A program made the position numbers and the translations under genes. DNA of 64,000 nucleotides. Source: Lama glama (lineage: Eukaryota). Of the stretch, positions 51,184-64,000 are shown one piece after another (the first letter of the stretch is position 1; each line of letters opens with the position of its first letter). The notes beneath the pieces are model-generated. The model was not told the origin of the DNA and searched no databases. It was given only the letters and a program-made list of their open reading frames with translations. Location of the stretch: the NCBI GenBank assembly GCA_028534125.1, contig CM052817.1, forward strand, positions 30,568,001 through 30,632,000. Reading direction: 5' to 3'.

Positions 51184-54100
51184 AAAACACTTACCCAAAT
51201 ATTATCTATTGAATTAAAATAATAAATTTACTAGTTTCAAATAGCTTAACAATTTACATAAAACAATAAAGGTATACTCCTGAGAAAAAAGATTTCTAGA
51301 GCAATTTGGCTTTAAAAATATTGAATATCCACCACTTATCAGTTTATGATCAGCAGGAAAAATATTTGCAACAATATAGAGGTACTTCTCTTTCATCAAC
51401 AGGCTTCTGAAGCGTATCATCTCCAGAAAAGCCACCTCCTCACCTTGGAAAAAAGTCAGTCCCTATTCTCAATGGAAAAATTCCACTTCCCACTGAAACT
51501 ATAAAGAAACGCCTTATTTAAGGATGCTAATATTTGTATAGTTGTTCCTTTCTGCATCTTCGTCCTTCTGTGTATCTAATCCATGTTATGTAGTTTAGCT
51601 TGGCCATTTATATGGAGATTCACTATATTCACATAAACTCATTCCGTATAATGCGTAGGACATCTCCTGCACTGACACACAGGTGTTTGGGGATGTGACG
51701 ATGACAACAATGATGATGATAAAAGCATAAACTATATATTCCAATCCGTGCCAATCCCTAGCTGAAAGCCAAATAATACCTATTAAACTGAGGAGATAGT
51801 GCACACCCTGCAATAATAAAGGAATAATAACACTTTGATTTAGGGAGAAATAATACTGTCTCCTCAGCTCAGCACTTCATTACATTCTGCCCAGTATTGT
51901 TCCCTAGTGGTGCCATTTATCTGAGCTTTGTTCCCACAACTTGACTGAGCGTAGACCCCTTAAGGGCAGAAATGTCTGACGTTGCTTCAGGACGTACCAC
52001 AGTATTTCACAGAGTGCCGAGCACATGATGAATGCACAGTAAATAAAAATACATTTTTCCAGCTCTTCACCAATCCATTTTCTTTCTAGTCCCTTCTGAA
52101 TTGTCAATGTTTAGAACATGAAAAATTAGAGCATCTGTGTAGCTTATGAGCCATAGGTCTTTCAAACATACTCCATAAACCATATAGAGAAAGAAAGTTG
52201 AGAATTTGGTTGTATTCTCTTTAAAAACTGTGACATTTTTAATATTTCATTAGTCTAAACCAGATTTTAAAATGTGTTTATTTGGTCAAATATATACATA
52301 CCTAAATGCCAATGGAAATTCAATATTGTGAATTTATTGGACTTTGTTTCAGAAAGAGACTTTTCTTCTGAGCCTCTATTTTGAATCTCAGGAAAATGGC
52401 ACCATTCCCATGCTCATTGTGAGGTATGTGAATAAACCCTGAATTAGTTTTGAAAAATTTTTAGCTACAAAATTTAAAGATATACCAAAGTTTTTCTTCT
52501 TATTCGTAACAACTCAAGTTTAATGGCCTGTTAAGAATTCAAAAATGTCCAGAACTTTCTTAAGTGTATTTCCTCTAACAGCATAGAAATGATGCTGAAA
52601 GCACTTGAAAATAAAATATGAACAGTGCAGTCTAAATAAGAATACTACTCAGAACTCAGAAAATTTTAGAGACCATAATGTGAAAACCAAAAAGGGAACT
52701 GAAACTCAAATATAAGCAACTTAAGATTCTCCATGTTGCTTTGAACATTTTTTTGGTAATAGAACGATTTCTCCTGAAGACCAAAATTAGTGGGCTTCCT
52801 CCTCTCCTGCAGTATGAGAAGAAATGCCTTTACTAATGTCAAGTAAGCAGAATATTATTGCAATTATTGAGCTCTGAATCCAAAAATTACTTTCTGATTG
52901 TCAAGGAGGGTGGATCACCAGGGTTATGAACATGTTGAATGATGTATGGACATCAACACAAAAATCCTGGCGCTGTGTCTGCTCTCTACTTCTCTTTCAT
53001 TGTCTAGAGTAAACTTAAACTTTTAAAGTTTGTAGACAGGCCCTTCAGATATTATGGCTCATATTTTATGACTGGTGGCAAATTAGGAAAGTAACTGGCA
53101 TAAACAACTGACTAAGGGTTTGAAGTTCCCATCCCTTTAGACACTGAAAAATCTTCTCTGGAATTCAAATTTAAGAAAGCACAACAGGGATGTACTTATT
53201 ACACCTGTTTTGAGGTGGAGCGTTTGGTTAAATAAATACCAACAGAATAGCAAACAGATGCCAACCTTTCAGATAAGAAGCCATGCTTACTCTGCATCTA
53301 GGAAGACGGTACATCTGTTGCAAATAGCTTACGACATCTACCTGAAAACGCTTCAATAACCATGGAACTTTTTTTGACACGTTCCAGTACTGATGCCAGG
53401 CCCTGTTTTTAGAACACTGAACATGCACCATATTGGCTGGCCCAGGAGCTGGAAGAGGACCTGTGAGAGTAGGCAAAGACTGTACACAAGAGTGAATTTT
53501 TGGCTAGCCAACCCTAGAAAATCAACTAGTAATGATTTAGAAGTGCCAGCTGGCATTTACTCAGATTTAATGTTTTACTATACCAGAATAATTAGAAAAC
53601 TTAAAGTCATACAACTTTAGAGATAGAAAGACTTTCCAGAGAATTGAGCACTCTCTACTTCTCTTGTTTACTCTGATTTTTGGGGGGAAGAGATTTGTTT
53701 TTGCATGATCTCTAGTGACCTCCCTGACCCAGCAAATTCTCTCCTTGAGTAAAGAGGAAAATGAGAATTAGGAAAGATAAATACTGGCCCAGAATTATTT
53801 TTTCACCTGAATTTCATATGAAATAGATTACTAACATTTCCTCCAAATACTTAACTTCCTTAAGGAAATACCATCTAAAGCCTCAACAAACGATTCAATA
53901 ATTCCATTTTGACACATCTTAGATCTTAGAAGACTTAATTATTGAGCATAATTTCCCTGGTCAATCAAAACCAGTATCTGGGCACATGAGCACAATTAGA
54001 AAGAAGCAAATGGAAAAAGCTACCCATAAAGTGTCCTCAGCACACAGCCATACAATTTCACTTAGCAGCTCTGGAATTCTCCACAAGCCCCCATATCCCC

Positions 54101-54649
54101 AGGCCTCCCTCCGTCCCCCTGTAAAGTAGAATGGCAGAGTAGAAATGAGAGTTCTCAAAATTAGGCAGAAATTGTCTTAGGTATATCGCTTAAATATGTG
54201 ACTTTATACAAGCTTCTTAGCCTCTTTGGGTCCAAATCCTTATCCACATAAAATTAATAACGCCTACCTTGCTGAGTTATTGTGAAGAGTAAATAAGATG
54301 ACCCCTATCAGTACATGGCAAACCTTATCATCACTATTAATTATTAGTGTTACCAGGACCCTTACTACATGCTACTTAATTTCCCTACAGTATTTTATCT
54401 GGATAGGAAATATTGGGTGGGTAGAGCTGTGATCAATGCTATCCCTTCCCATCTCACTGGAAAGCTCTAGTATTTGGGGACAAACGAAACAGAACAGTGG
54501 CTACCCGTTTGAAATCAACCAATAACGCATTCAAAGCTTCTCAACCAATCACAATAACTATAAAATACAGAGACCATTCCTATTACAGAATCAAGTGATT
54601 CTCAAATGAGGTAGATGGCAGTGTTGGAAGGTCATAATAATCAACGACA

Positions 54650-54875
54650 CTAAAAACAGTATTTACTGTGTGGTAGGTATTGTTCCAAGTGCCTTATCCA
54701 AATTAACTCGTTGAATCCTCATAGCAATACTTTGCGGTAAGTACAGCAATTTATCCTGTAGCAACACGTGAGGAAACCGGCAGAAATAACTCACTGAAGG
54801 TTCACAGCTAACAAGTGGTAGAACTTGGGATTACAACCTAGGCTGTCTTATCCAGAGTCTGTACTTTTGACATGA
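54650..54875 (-). mobile_element. MIR SINE
   Basis: Contains 'tttactgtgtggtagg...aatcctcatagcaa...gtgaggaaacc...cacagctaacaagtggtagaacttgggatt'. Confidence 0.8.
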
Positions 54876-55233
54876 CCGCCTCTTAATCAAAGGCACCATT
54901 GATGCATCAGTATTATCTGTTCTAGAAATTTTTAGGAATATAGAATAAAAGATGGTAATATGTGTAAAAGTGACTTTATTTTTATTTTCAATGATGATAG
55001 TTCCTGAAATATTAATATTATTTGTTCAAGGAAAAGTTAAGAGACTTTGATCTGGTGCTCAGCCTCAGCAGACACTTCTGCCCAGACAGGCTGCCTCTGA
55101 CCATGATGCGCAGACACAAAGAGCGCTCAGTGAGACAATGAGCAGCAAGAATCTAACAGAGTGGCATTACATAATAGACACATGTTTTCTTTTGAAAAAT
55201 AATTTAAAATCAAGGAAACCAAGTCAGAACAAA

Positions 55234-55447
55234 CTAAATCTCCCCTACATAACAGCGCTTGTGGGGGAGAGTAACTAAAATTGCTCAAGTGCTCCATGCA
55301 CCCCGTAATAAGGCCTGCACGTAACTCTACATCTTTACTCTAAATCTCCCCTACATAACAGAGCACGTAGGGGAGGGTAACTAAAATTGCTCCCAAGTGC
55401 TCCACGCACCCCGTAATAAGGCCCGCACATAACTCTACATCTTTACT
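55234..55447. repeat. Diverged tandem duplication (106 and 108 bp units), each with an inverted repeat
   Basis: Manual alignment of 55234-55339 with 55340-55447 gives 8 substitutions and one 2-bp indel. Confidence 0.95.
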
Positions 55448-56807
55448 GGTCTATGAAGGAGAGACATCTTATCACAGTTTTATGGATGAAGAAAATAGGT
55501 GGCAGATACGGGTTTTAAACCCTGACCTACTGGAGTCCAAAACTTGGATTCATGGTTTTCTCTCTTTCATTGTCACAGTGGTTTGAATAGCTAAGATTTA
55601 GTCAACACTTGCAATGTGCAGTTATTCTTTAATTGAACCCTCTCAACAATAGGAAGTAGGTAGGGCCATTACACCTGCTCACTGCCTTCCTGAGGTCACA
55701 CTCTGCCCCAGCACTGTCCCTCCTCTAAGAGTTTCCTCAGGAGGATTTCAACGCCTTCTTGAGTGACCCTAAAATTAAAGTAACCCCACATTCAGGTCTC
55801 CTGAGAACACTAAGATGCCCTTACTGGAATTTCCCTAAGTGGACAGCAGGAGTGGGATGAGAAGTTCCCACTCTCCCCAGCTCCTTCTCCCCAGCACCCT
55901 TGCAGCTGTTGTGTGATGAGGGATATTCTATCACGGCTTTGATCTTACCAAATAGAAAAAGCAAAGGGAAATTGGCATCTCTTGTGAGGACTTACGCCTC
56001 CATTCCAGAGCAACTCTGATCACTTTCCTTCTTTTCCTATTACGAAAAGGTTTTGCTACTCATGATCAACAGAAAAGGAATAGATATATACTATATAAAC
56101 TTAAATAAATATCCTTATAACTAATTTTATTATTTAAAAGCATAACTGATATACATAAGACTTATTAACAGCTTTAAAATTTAAAACCCATATGTTCTGG
56201 ACTTCATATGGTTAAGAATATAACATATAGGAAGTCACTATAAAAACAAAAAGAATAAAACGTATTCAGAAAAAAAGATGTAGATAGAACAGAACAATGA
56301 GCCAATAAACTAAGCATACAATACTCTCCAATTCAATGCATTTAAACCATTTGCATTTTGGTCCTCTTCATTAAAAGGCAAATTATTCTAAGGCTTTCAT
56401 ATTCATTCAGCCATGGCTTTTATTTGTTTTATTTTAAGCTCCCAGTGCATTTCATTTTAACACCTAGATATGATTTTAATTCAATTACACAGCATTAAGC
56501 TAGGAACCCAAGAATACCACCAAAAGTGAAATTAAATTCAGATTTACATTTGGTCTTTGCCTGCCAGTTCTCAATAAAGGAAATTTGATAGGGTCCCAAA
56601 GGAAGGGAGGGACTGCCCACAGCCTTTTGAGCTTTATTACTTTGTATTGGCTGGATAAAAATAAAACCTTACGTGATTCTCTACCCAGCACAGTCTAATA
56701 TATTACTGACTAATATTTTCTTAGAAATGATATCCAAAGACTATTCCCATGAATCATGATCAAAATGTAATGTGGACAAAAATACCCACATAATGATTTA
56801 TAATTAC

Positions 56808-56960
56808 CGAATACAGTCCTAGCTGGAACTGATTCCTTATTTATCCAGAATGAAACTTGAGAAAGAATTACTGTCATAATGCATGGAATATACGTCTGAA
56901 TCATAAAATAACCCATCTTCCGTCTCAGGTGGAAATAAACCGTCATAACAATATATTCAC
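56808..56960 (-). CDS. GABRA4: GABRA4 exon 7 (153 nt; [53 protein letters not shown]1 and start of TM2)
   Basis: Acceptor catttgcag|G and donor TCG|gtaatt. Contains the PAR anion-selectivity motif. Confidence 0.98.
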
Positions 56961-58404
56961 CTGCAAATGAAATGTGCAGAAAATGTGTTATTGGTTCTGT
57001 GGGCAATTATTCATGGCTTTATAATCATTTTGCAGACTAACAAACAGTATTCTAGGCAAAGAAAGTATCTGTTGTGCGTAACACACAATGATGGAGAAAT
57101 ACATAGTACCCCAATAGGGGGGAAATGATTTTGAGCATCATTACACAGAAAAACATTTTTGTAGTATGCAGTGATTAAGCAATTTAATAAGTTGGCTATA
57201 ACTTTAAAAAAAATTCTTGCAGTGCTTTCTATTTTAAAGGTCTAGTACTGCGAAAGCAATTAGCCTTCATTTTCAGCATCTTCAAGTGCAGAATTTAAAC
57301 CTAACTTTTATGGAAAATCACTAGAAAAAACTGAAAACATACAAACACACACGGATGAAAATATAAAGCTTAATTTTAGAAAGAACTGAAATGCACAGGT
57401 ATACATTATGTATACACATATGCCTGGGGGAAGATAGCCTTACTGCCTTCGTTTTAGGAGTTTTATTCCTAATGCTATATATGGGAAGAAAAATACAAAG
57501 ACACACATATAACACTGAGCTATACATAACAACCCTGAGTTCAGGCATGTTTTATTGGCATTTGGACAAAAACCTAAGAAAAGCTAATAAGTAAGTAAAC
57601 CGTAAGATTTCTGGTGACTGTTGATAATATATTTTAATGTTACATCGTAAAAGAACATATTAAGAAAGTTACTTAGGAAGAAGCAACCTAAGATTCAGAA
57701 GCCTCAAATCCTCCCAAAATGTCTAATTAATCCCACTGCAGGCTGAAAAATAAACGTTTAAAATTTCCGTTTTTGCCTGGTGATAAATGTATGTGAGGAA
57801 CAGTTGTAGAACAAGTAATAATCAGCCATTTTTCCCAGTGAAGATGATAAAAAGTAAATCCTATGATTCTCCCCATTCACATTCCAAAAGTAAACACAGA
57901 CCAAGAATCACCAATAATAATCATCCATCTACTTGTGGGACAGTTTTAATATATACTCTTAATATATTTAATAATTAAGCTTTATATTTTGCTTATACTT
58001 TTAAAACGAAGGAGAGGGTAACACCATAAAAATTGGGCAAGATTTAAAAAAGATCCCAGGAAAGCACCAAAAACACAGGGAAATCCAGTGTTCAAAAGTC
58101 AGTGGTCAGATTTCCTGCCTCAGAATTCTGTTGAAAATACATTTTAATATAATTGATTATGACTTTCGTTTCTGAATAGGAAAATCAACTCACTTTTCAC
58201 ATCCCACCAATTCAGAACTTATTTTAACTAAATTAAGATTTAAATATAAAAAGGAATTCTCAGCTGTGACTTATGCATCAGCTCTATTTCTGGAAACTTT
58301 ATGTATGTCCCCTGAAAACGCTAGAGAGTTCAATGAACGAGCTAGGACAAAACCCCATTGCTAATGCCTAATAGTATGTTGACTTCAATTGTTAAACATC
58401 TCAC

Positions 58405-58548
58405 CCGTAATGGATTTGATAGTTTCACTTGATACAGTTTGCCCAATCAAGTCATACTGAACCAAGCTGGAAGACTCCTTTGGAACTTCTACTGATTTCT
58501 CAGGACCTTTTGTCCAGGTATAAATCATCTCACTCTTCGGATATGCAT
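58405..58548 (-). CDS. GABRA4: GABRA4 exon 6 (144 nt; [49 protein letters not shown])
   Basis: Not in the ORF track; translated by hand. Acceptor ctctcatccag|A and donor CGG|gtgaga. Confidence 0.97.
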
Positions 58549-59829
58549 CTGGATGAGAGCACAGAGAGTGGTTAGAATCAGTGCTCCTTTTCCTTCAGCG
58601 TTGATGGTCAACGATTAAGAATATTACATGTGCTCAAGAAAGGTGGATTAAATGACAATGAAAATCATTACGACTTAGTCAAAGATCCTTAAGATTAAGA
58701 AAATTGTGGAGATTCAATAAACAGCCTTGCAACTGGGCATATTTTTTGTTTTTATGCCAAAGATTTGGAGGAGGAGAGACTAAAACTAAGGCAACTAAAA
58801 TGCAAAGTATGCATCAGTGCATTTGGATATGTTTCCACACTCATAGGATAAACAGTTAAAAAGCAGACATAATAAAGCCCCCAAAAGTACTGTCAAATTG
58901 CTACTTGCTTCCAGTCTAACTCACTTCCACTACTTGACCAATATTGACTTCTTCCATCCTCATGCTGTTCTGCCAAACAGAAAAGTACCAGATGCCGCCT
59001 GTAATAATACAACAACAAAAACCAAAAAACAAACCCTACTGTTGAGAGAGCTCTCCAGGGGTCACCTATTCCAGACTCTGCCTCTGGGCAATACCCATGC
59101 TGTCTGGGACCCATTCTGCGGTGACAACTGGCTACGCTGTTTGTAAAGCTCTCTGGGGAATATACTTACACAACCAGTTCCACTACCTTTAAACTCTTGC
59201 AATCAGAACATTTTCCCTTCCATCTTCAACAAATCCCTCCCAGCAGCAACCGAAGCTCATTTTCTATTATTTGGTGCTCAATGCAAATGGAGGCCAGCTG
59301 TTTGCCTACCAGTCTACCCAGAACGGAAGCTTGGCTCACACACAAATAAGTTCAAAGAAACCAAGATGAACTGTGTGCTACCCTCTGCAAACCTTCCTAA
59401 AATCACCAGAGCACAGTAGGTCCTCAGTGAAAGAGCTTCAATCTATCAAAGGAGTTGATACATCGGGAGACTTTCTTTACAAACAACTTTTCAAAACAAA
59501 CTATGAAGCTTGTGTTGTGGTGTAGCGGTTACGATTATGTGATAAGGTTTATCTTCTGAAGTATATTCATGCTTAATCATACATTTAAAGTCCCAGAATG
59601 CCATGTTCCTGCTCATGGCATTTCATATAAGGCAATCTTCGCTCAGCTATCCTACGTTGCTAGAATAAACTTTCTCCCCCTTGTTTTTCTCTTTCCTATG
59701 AATTATAAACATAGTTAAATGGCATTTTCCTCTTTCCAGAGTAAGTAAGGATCCTTATTTGCTTAGTAGGATGGGCCTCTTTTTTTAATTCCAACCCCAA
59801 ATCATCAGCTTCCAAGGAGTAATTTCTTT

Positions 59830-60068
59830 TTTTTTTCACTGTCTTTTTTTTTTTTTGATTGATTTATAGTCAGTTTACAATGTTATGTCAATTTCTGGTG
59901 TACAGCACAATTCTTCAGTCATACATACATGAATATACATATATTCATTTTCATATTCTTTTTCACTGTGAGCTACTTCAAGATCTTGTGTATATTTCCC
60001 TGTGCTATACAGTATAAACTTGTTTATCTATTCTATATATACCTGTCAGTATCTACAAATCTCGAACT
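59830..60068 (-). mobile_element. Young short L1 3' stub with a 17-bp TSD, in intron 5
   Basis: CAAGGAGTAATTTCTTT at 59813-59829 and 60069-60085. Poly(T) tail and an L1 endonuclease-like site (CTTT/AT). Confidence 0.95.
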
Positions 60069-60599
60069 CAAGGAGTAATTTCTTTATTTTATTCAAATCT
60101 GATTGAGGGCCAACTATGCTCAAGTCACTCTGGAGAGGGCTTCTTATGAGAGCTGGAGGGGAATGGGTGGGAAAGGACTGCCCCTAGATTAGAGTATCTT
60201 GGGTGAAATTTAAATTACTACAGTACAAATCGTTTTAAATTCTGACCCCAGTAAGATCATCCTTTCTGTCTACCTATTTTTCTGTTTTTATCATCTTATT
60301 AAATCACTGGTCAGAGGAAAAATGATTCTAGCTTCAAGTTAACCCAACTGAATATTGTGATTACTAGGTGTTTTAAAAAGCATGGTGACTGCTGATTCTC
60401 ATTAAGTTAAGCAATGAGCAATAATAACAGCAGGCAACAGTTTCACAATCAGTGCGACGAAGAATCTGAAGCAATAGTAAAAGTCAGCATCTATTTTTGG
60501 TAGAGTCTGATTGAGTCAAATATTTGAGGCAGACGTTAGAAGAGGCAATCACATTTCCTGCCATCCCTGAGAAGGCAGCTTAGGGGAAAGGAATTCCAT

Positions 60600-60920
60600 A
60601 TTCTGTCCATCCTCTTGCCTTCACCTCCACAACACAGGCCACATCCATCTATCTCACCCCTCCTCTGGTACCACGCTAGTCTAAGTCATCACCATCTTTG
60701 TACTAAGACATACAGCCTCCAACTCTTCTCTGCATCTTCTCTAGTTTCTCTAGAATCCATTCTTCATAGAAAAGCTGAAATAAAATTGTGAAATGTCAAA
60801 GAATGCCACGCCCCTTAGTAAAACTTTCCAAAGACATCCTATAGCATTTAGAACAATACCCAGACTCCTTAATGTGGTCTATATGGCACTATAATATCTT
60901 GCTCTGTCTACATATCAGAC
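60600..60920 (+). mobile_element. L2 fragment
   Basis: Contains 'ctagtctaagtcatcaccatct...aatccattcttca...cccagactccttaatgtgg'. Confidence 0.7.
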
Positions 60921-61402
60921 CACATCATACTAACAGTGCTGCTTATGTTGTAACCTATGTCATGTCAAGAAGCCCTAAACCTTTTTCCTGCTTTTTTTTA
61001 AGTCTACCGTAAAGGATTATGCTTGGAACAGAAACTGTTAAACTACCAAAAAAAAAAAAGAAAGATTTATACTTCCTATGTTACACCACCAACACATGGA
61101 GTTCAGAGGTTCCTAAATTTCACTACTGATCACCAACCTATTAATTATGAATCAATTTACCTAGGCTATCTAGGTGGGCTAGGGAGGCAGAAGTAGGGTA
61201 TTGCTCTTTGGGGGAAAGGGGTGGGTTTTACTTCTTTATTTCAATATATTAGATAATAAACAGTCTCATAAAAGACAAATGTTGACCAGTTGTTGTCATG
61301 GATAATGATTTAAATGTTGGACTATGGAAAATCATGCACATGTAAAAATATCAGCTGTCATGAGATAATCATAAATTCTAACAACATCGTGTATTAACTT
61401 AC

Positions 61403-61485
61403 AACTCCCAAATTTCAAAGGGCATGCATGACCATCCATGGGGAAATCCACCAATCTCATGGGACATTCTGCACTTATGGTAAGC
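61403..61485 (-). CDS. GABRA4: GABRA4 exon 5 (83 nt; [27 protein letters not shown], Cys-loop)
   Basis: Not in the ORF track; translated by hand. Contains the C-x13-C Cys-loop. Acceptor ttccatcgtag|G and donor GTT|gtaagt. Phases fit both neighbours. Confidence 0.97.
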
Positions 61486-61555
61486 CTACGATGGAAAAAA
61501 GCAATTAAACAAAATCAACTCTTTCTTTTAAAATAATTTTATAGATCCCTAAATG

Positions 61556-61662
61556 AGGAAGAGGGAAGGAAGGAAAAAGACAGGAAGGAAGGAAGGAAGG
61601 AAGGAAGGAAGGAAGGATGGACGGACAGGAAAAACAGAGGGAAAAAGGGAGAAAGAAAACAA
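61556..61662 (+). repeat. (GGAA)n purine tract (pyrimidine tract in the transcript) filling most of the 184-nt intron 4
   Basis: Directly visible. Confidence 0.95.
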
Positions 61663-61669
61663 AGACTAC

Positions 61670-61890
61670 CTCATTGTGTATAAAATGGTGCCATTTCTCA
61701 TAATTCTAAAAAGCTTATTTGGAGCTGTCATATTATGTGAGACAGATTTCTTTCCATTCCTGAAAAAAGTATCAGGGGTCCATACTTTTGTTACCATCAT
61801 ATTGTTCAATCTCAAAATTTCAATGGGGCCATCGTATTTTAGTCTTTTGTCAATCCATGTCTGTCTGAAGAACACATCCATTGTGTATTC
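61670..61890 (-). CDS. GABRA4: GABRA4 exon 4 (221 nt; [12 protein letters not shown]...[13 protein letters not shown]...GTILYTMR)
   Basis: Acceptor ccctag|G and donor GAG|gtagtc. Loop A reads FFRNG (Arg codon 61759-61761), the Arg of diazepam-insensitive alpha4/alpha6, where alpha1/2/3/5 have His. Confidence 0.98.
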
Positions 61891-62841
61891 CTAGGGAAAT
61901 TAGTTTGTGACATATTCAAATCACAGATGACTACACATAAATATGGAGAAAAATGCATTAAATTCTAGCCTCTTTCCCACACACACACACACAAACTACC
62001 CCAAATAAAAACAAATAGGAGCAGAATTTTTCAAAACAAATCAATGGAATCAAAAGATTCTCAGCAATTAAAGCATGTTATATCCATCTTGATACCTCAA
62101 TCTTCTACATTTGTTAGATAAATATATTATCATACATGTTAATCATTCAAGAATAATTACTATAATTTAATAAAACTGCCAGCACCAGGTAATTACAGTT
62201 GTACTTCGTTTTAAATCAACTAGCAAAATTAGTTAATGCGTAACAATTATCATTGCACAATTAATCATAAAATTGTAGGCATCTCTTTAAGACAAAGTAA
62301 AACATGTAAAACAGAAATTTGATGTCCACAGAATTTATTAAAATTAGCGTAGGGTCAAGGAAAAAAGTAAAGTTGTTTCTTTGACGTGTAAACTAAAAAT
62401 ATTTACTATCAGAGAGCACAGCTGAATGGATAAATTAATCCTGACCAGTGCTTGATCTTCTAAGCTCTTTAAGTGTGAGTCAGAGGGAAGTGGGGGAAGG
62501 GTAGTGAGGAATTGGACCAATATATAATACTAAATGCAATTATGACTACAATATAGTTTCATACCAAAACTAATTACACTCTCTAATTTTCTCCTCCTCA
62601 AAAATCTTCTAAGGGAAAAAATACTACATACAATATTGTGCTATGGGGACTCATAATAAAGTTCTTTTCTTTGCTGAGAATAACTCCAAACCAAAAGATA
62701 CTCAGATGTTAGAGCTGCAATGCAAATTCAGTGTCTTACTTCTTATAAACTTTTTAGGCTGTTCTTTGACTTCCTAGCTCTGTGTGATCAACTGCAAAAT
62801 TATTAATTGCCCTCTCTTCTGCATATTTTCTTCAAACCTCA

Positions 62842-63054
<213 letters not shown>

Positions 63055-63077
63055 TTAAATTTTCAGTGAGATAATGC

Positions 63078-63081
<4 letters not shown>

Positions 63082-63118
<37 letters not shown>
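63082..63118 (+). repeat. (CA)n microsatellite in intron 2
   Basis: Directly visible. Confidence 0.97.
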
Positions 63119-63120
<2 letters not shown>

Positions 63121-63519
63121 TGTAGACAAAAGAACAATAAAACTGGAAAGCAATGTTTACTTACAGGCAAAAAGAAACCCCAGTTACTTACCAGGAACCT
63201 TGTTCCTTCAAAGATACATCACCCCCAGGCACTGTGACAACAGCCAGTGAGGGAACAAAAGCTTTTAGCCTTTGTGATTTTTTTATAGTCCATCATCTGA
63301 TTGACCTTTAGTAAAGAAGTGAGCTGTTAAAAAGAGGGAATTTAACCACAAGAGTGAGGAGGAGAAAAACTGTAACGGCCGTGAGGAACGCATCTTTGGT
63401 GAGTCCAGGATACTGGCAACCAACTAATACACAAAAATGAGTCATGTCACCTTTAACAACAGGCAGACCATCCACTGATAATTAGCATCAAAGACAAGCT
63501 CTCCTAAAAGTCAGACTTA

Positions 63520-64000
63520 TTTACACTCTGCTCCTTGCTGTGTGATCTGGGGCAAGTTACTTAACTTCTCAATAGTAACAAGCACACGGATCAGGCAAGA
63601 CTGTGGAAAGCGATCAAGTGAAATTGCTCACGTGAGACCCCAAGCACAGTTACTCTCTCATGGAAGGACTTAGCAAGTATTAGTTTCTCTTCACTTCCAA
63701 TAATGACCACTACTGAGAGTCTTTCCTCGTCTAAATAAGACTGGTTCTGGAAAAAGTACATGTGTGTGTTTGGCAGAAAAGAAATATGGCAGCATCATGG
63801 CAATGGGGCTGGCACAGATTTTAGACAAAGGAAAATTACTACAACCTGGGTTAAGCATGATGCTAAAAATCAGGGATTCTGAAGTTCAAATTTGGCTCCA
63901 ACACTTTCTAATCGTATGATTTTCGTTAAGTCACATATCATCAGAGGTAAAGGTTTTAATGAGCATTAACTGAAATGATACATGTAAATCACTTGTCCCA
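63520..64000 (+). mobile_element. Two MIR SINEs (~63520-63690 and ~63860-end)
   Basis: Contains 'gctgtgtgatctggggcaagttacttaacttctc' and 'gttcaaatttggctcca'. Confidence 0.7.

Noticed and set aside
56633..56807. Exon 7 read-through to a stop at 56710 followed by AATAAA at 56633-56638
   Set aside because: The intron is much shorter and I saw no comparably clear downstream element. It mainly shows that such arrangements arise by chance.

Overview
Mammalian genomic DNA, AT-rich and CpG-poor. It carries coding exons 3-9 of GABRA4 (GABA-A receptor alpha-4 subunit) on the minus strand: 68, 221, 83, 144, 153, 260 and 531 coding nt, 1460 nt in total. All junctions are GT-AG with matching phases, and the stop codon is at 15052-15054. 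Exons 1-2 lie beyond the right edge. Intron 8 is 34.7 kb, and a multi-kb 3' UTR/downstream region fills the left side. The rest is ordinary mammalian repeat content (L1 3' ends, L2, MIR, CR1/L3, MLT1 and LTR16 LTRs, hAT MITEs, microsatellites). Repeat families were recognised by eye and their boundaries are approximate. Artiodactyl-type L1 ends, with no ruminant, pig or cetacean SINEs seen, suggest a camelid (inference). I see no convincing new biological system. The best leads are a possible intronic-polyadenylation isoform lacking TM4, inverted L1 copies flanking exons 6-8, a GABRA3-like I/M editing hairpin remnant, and two ~100-bp tandem duplications, one containing a hairpin.
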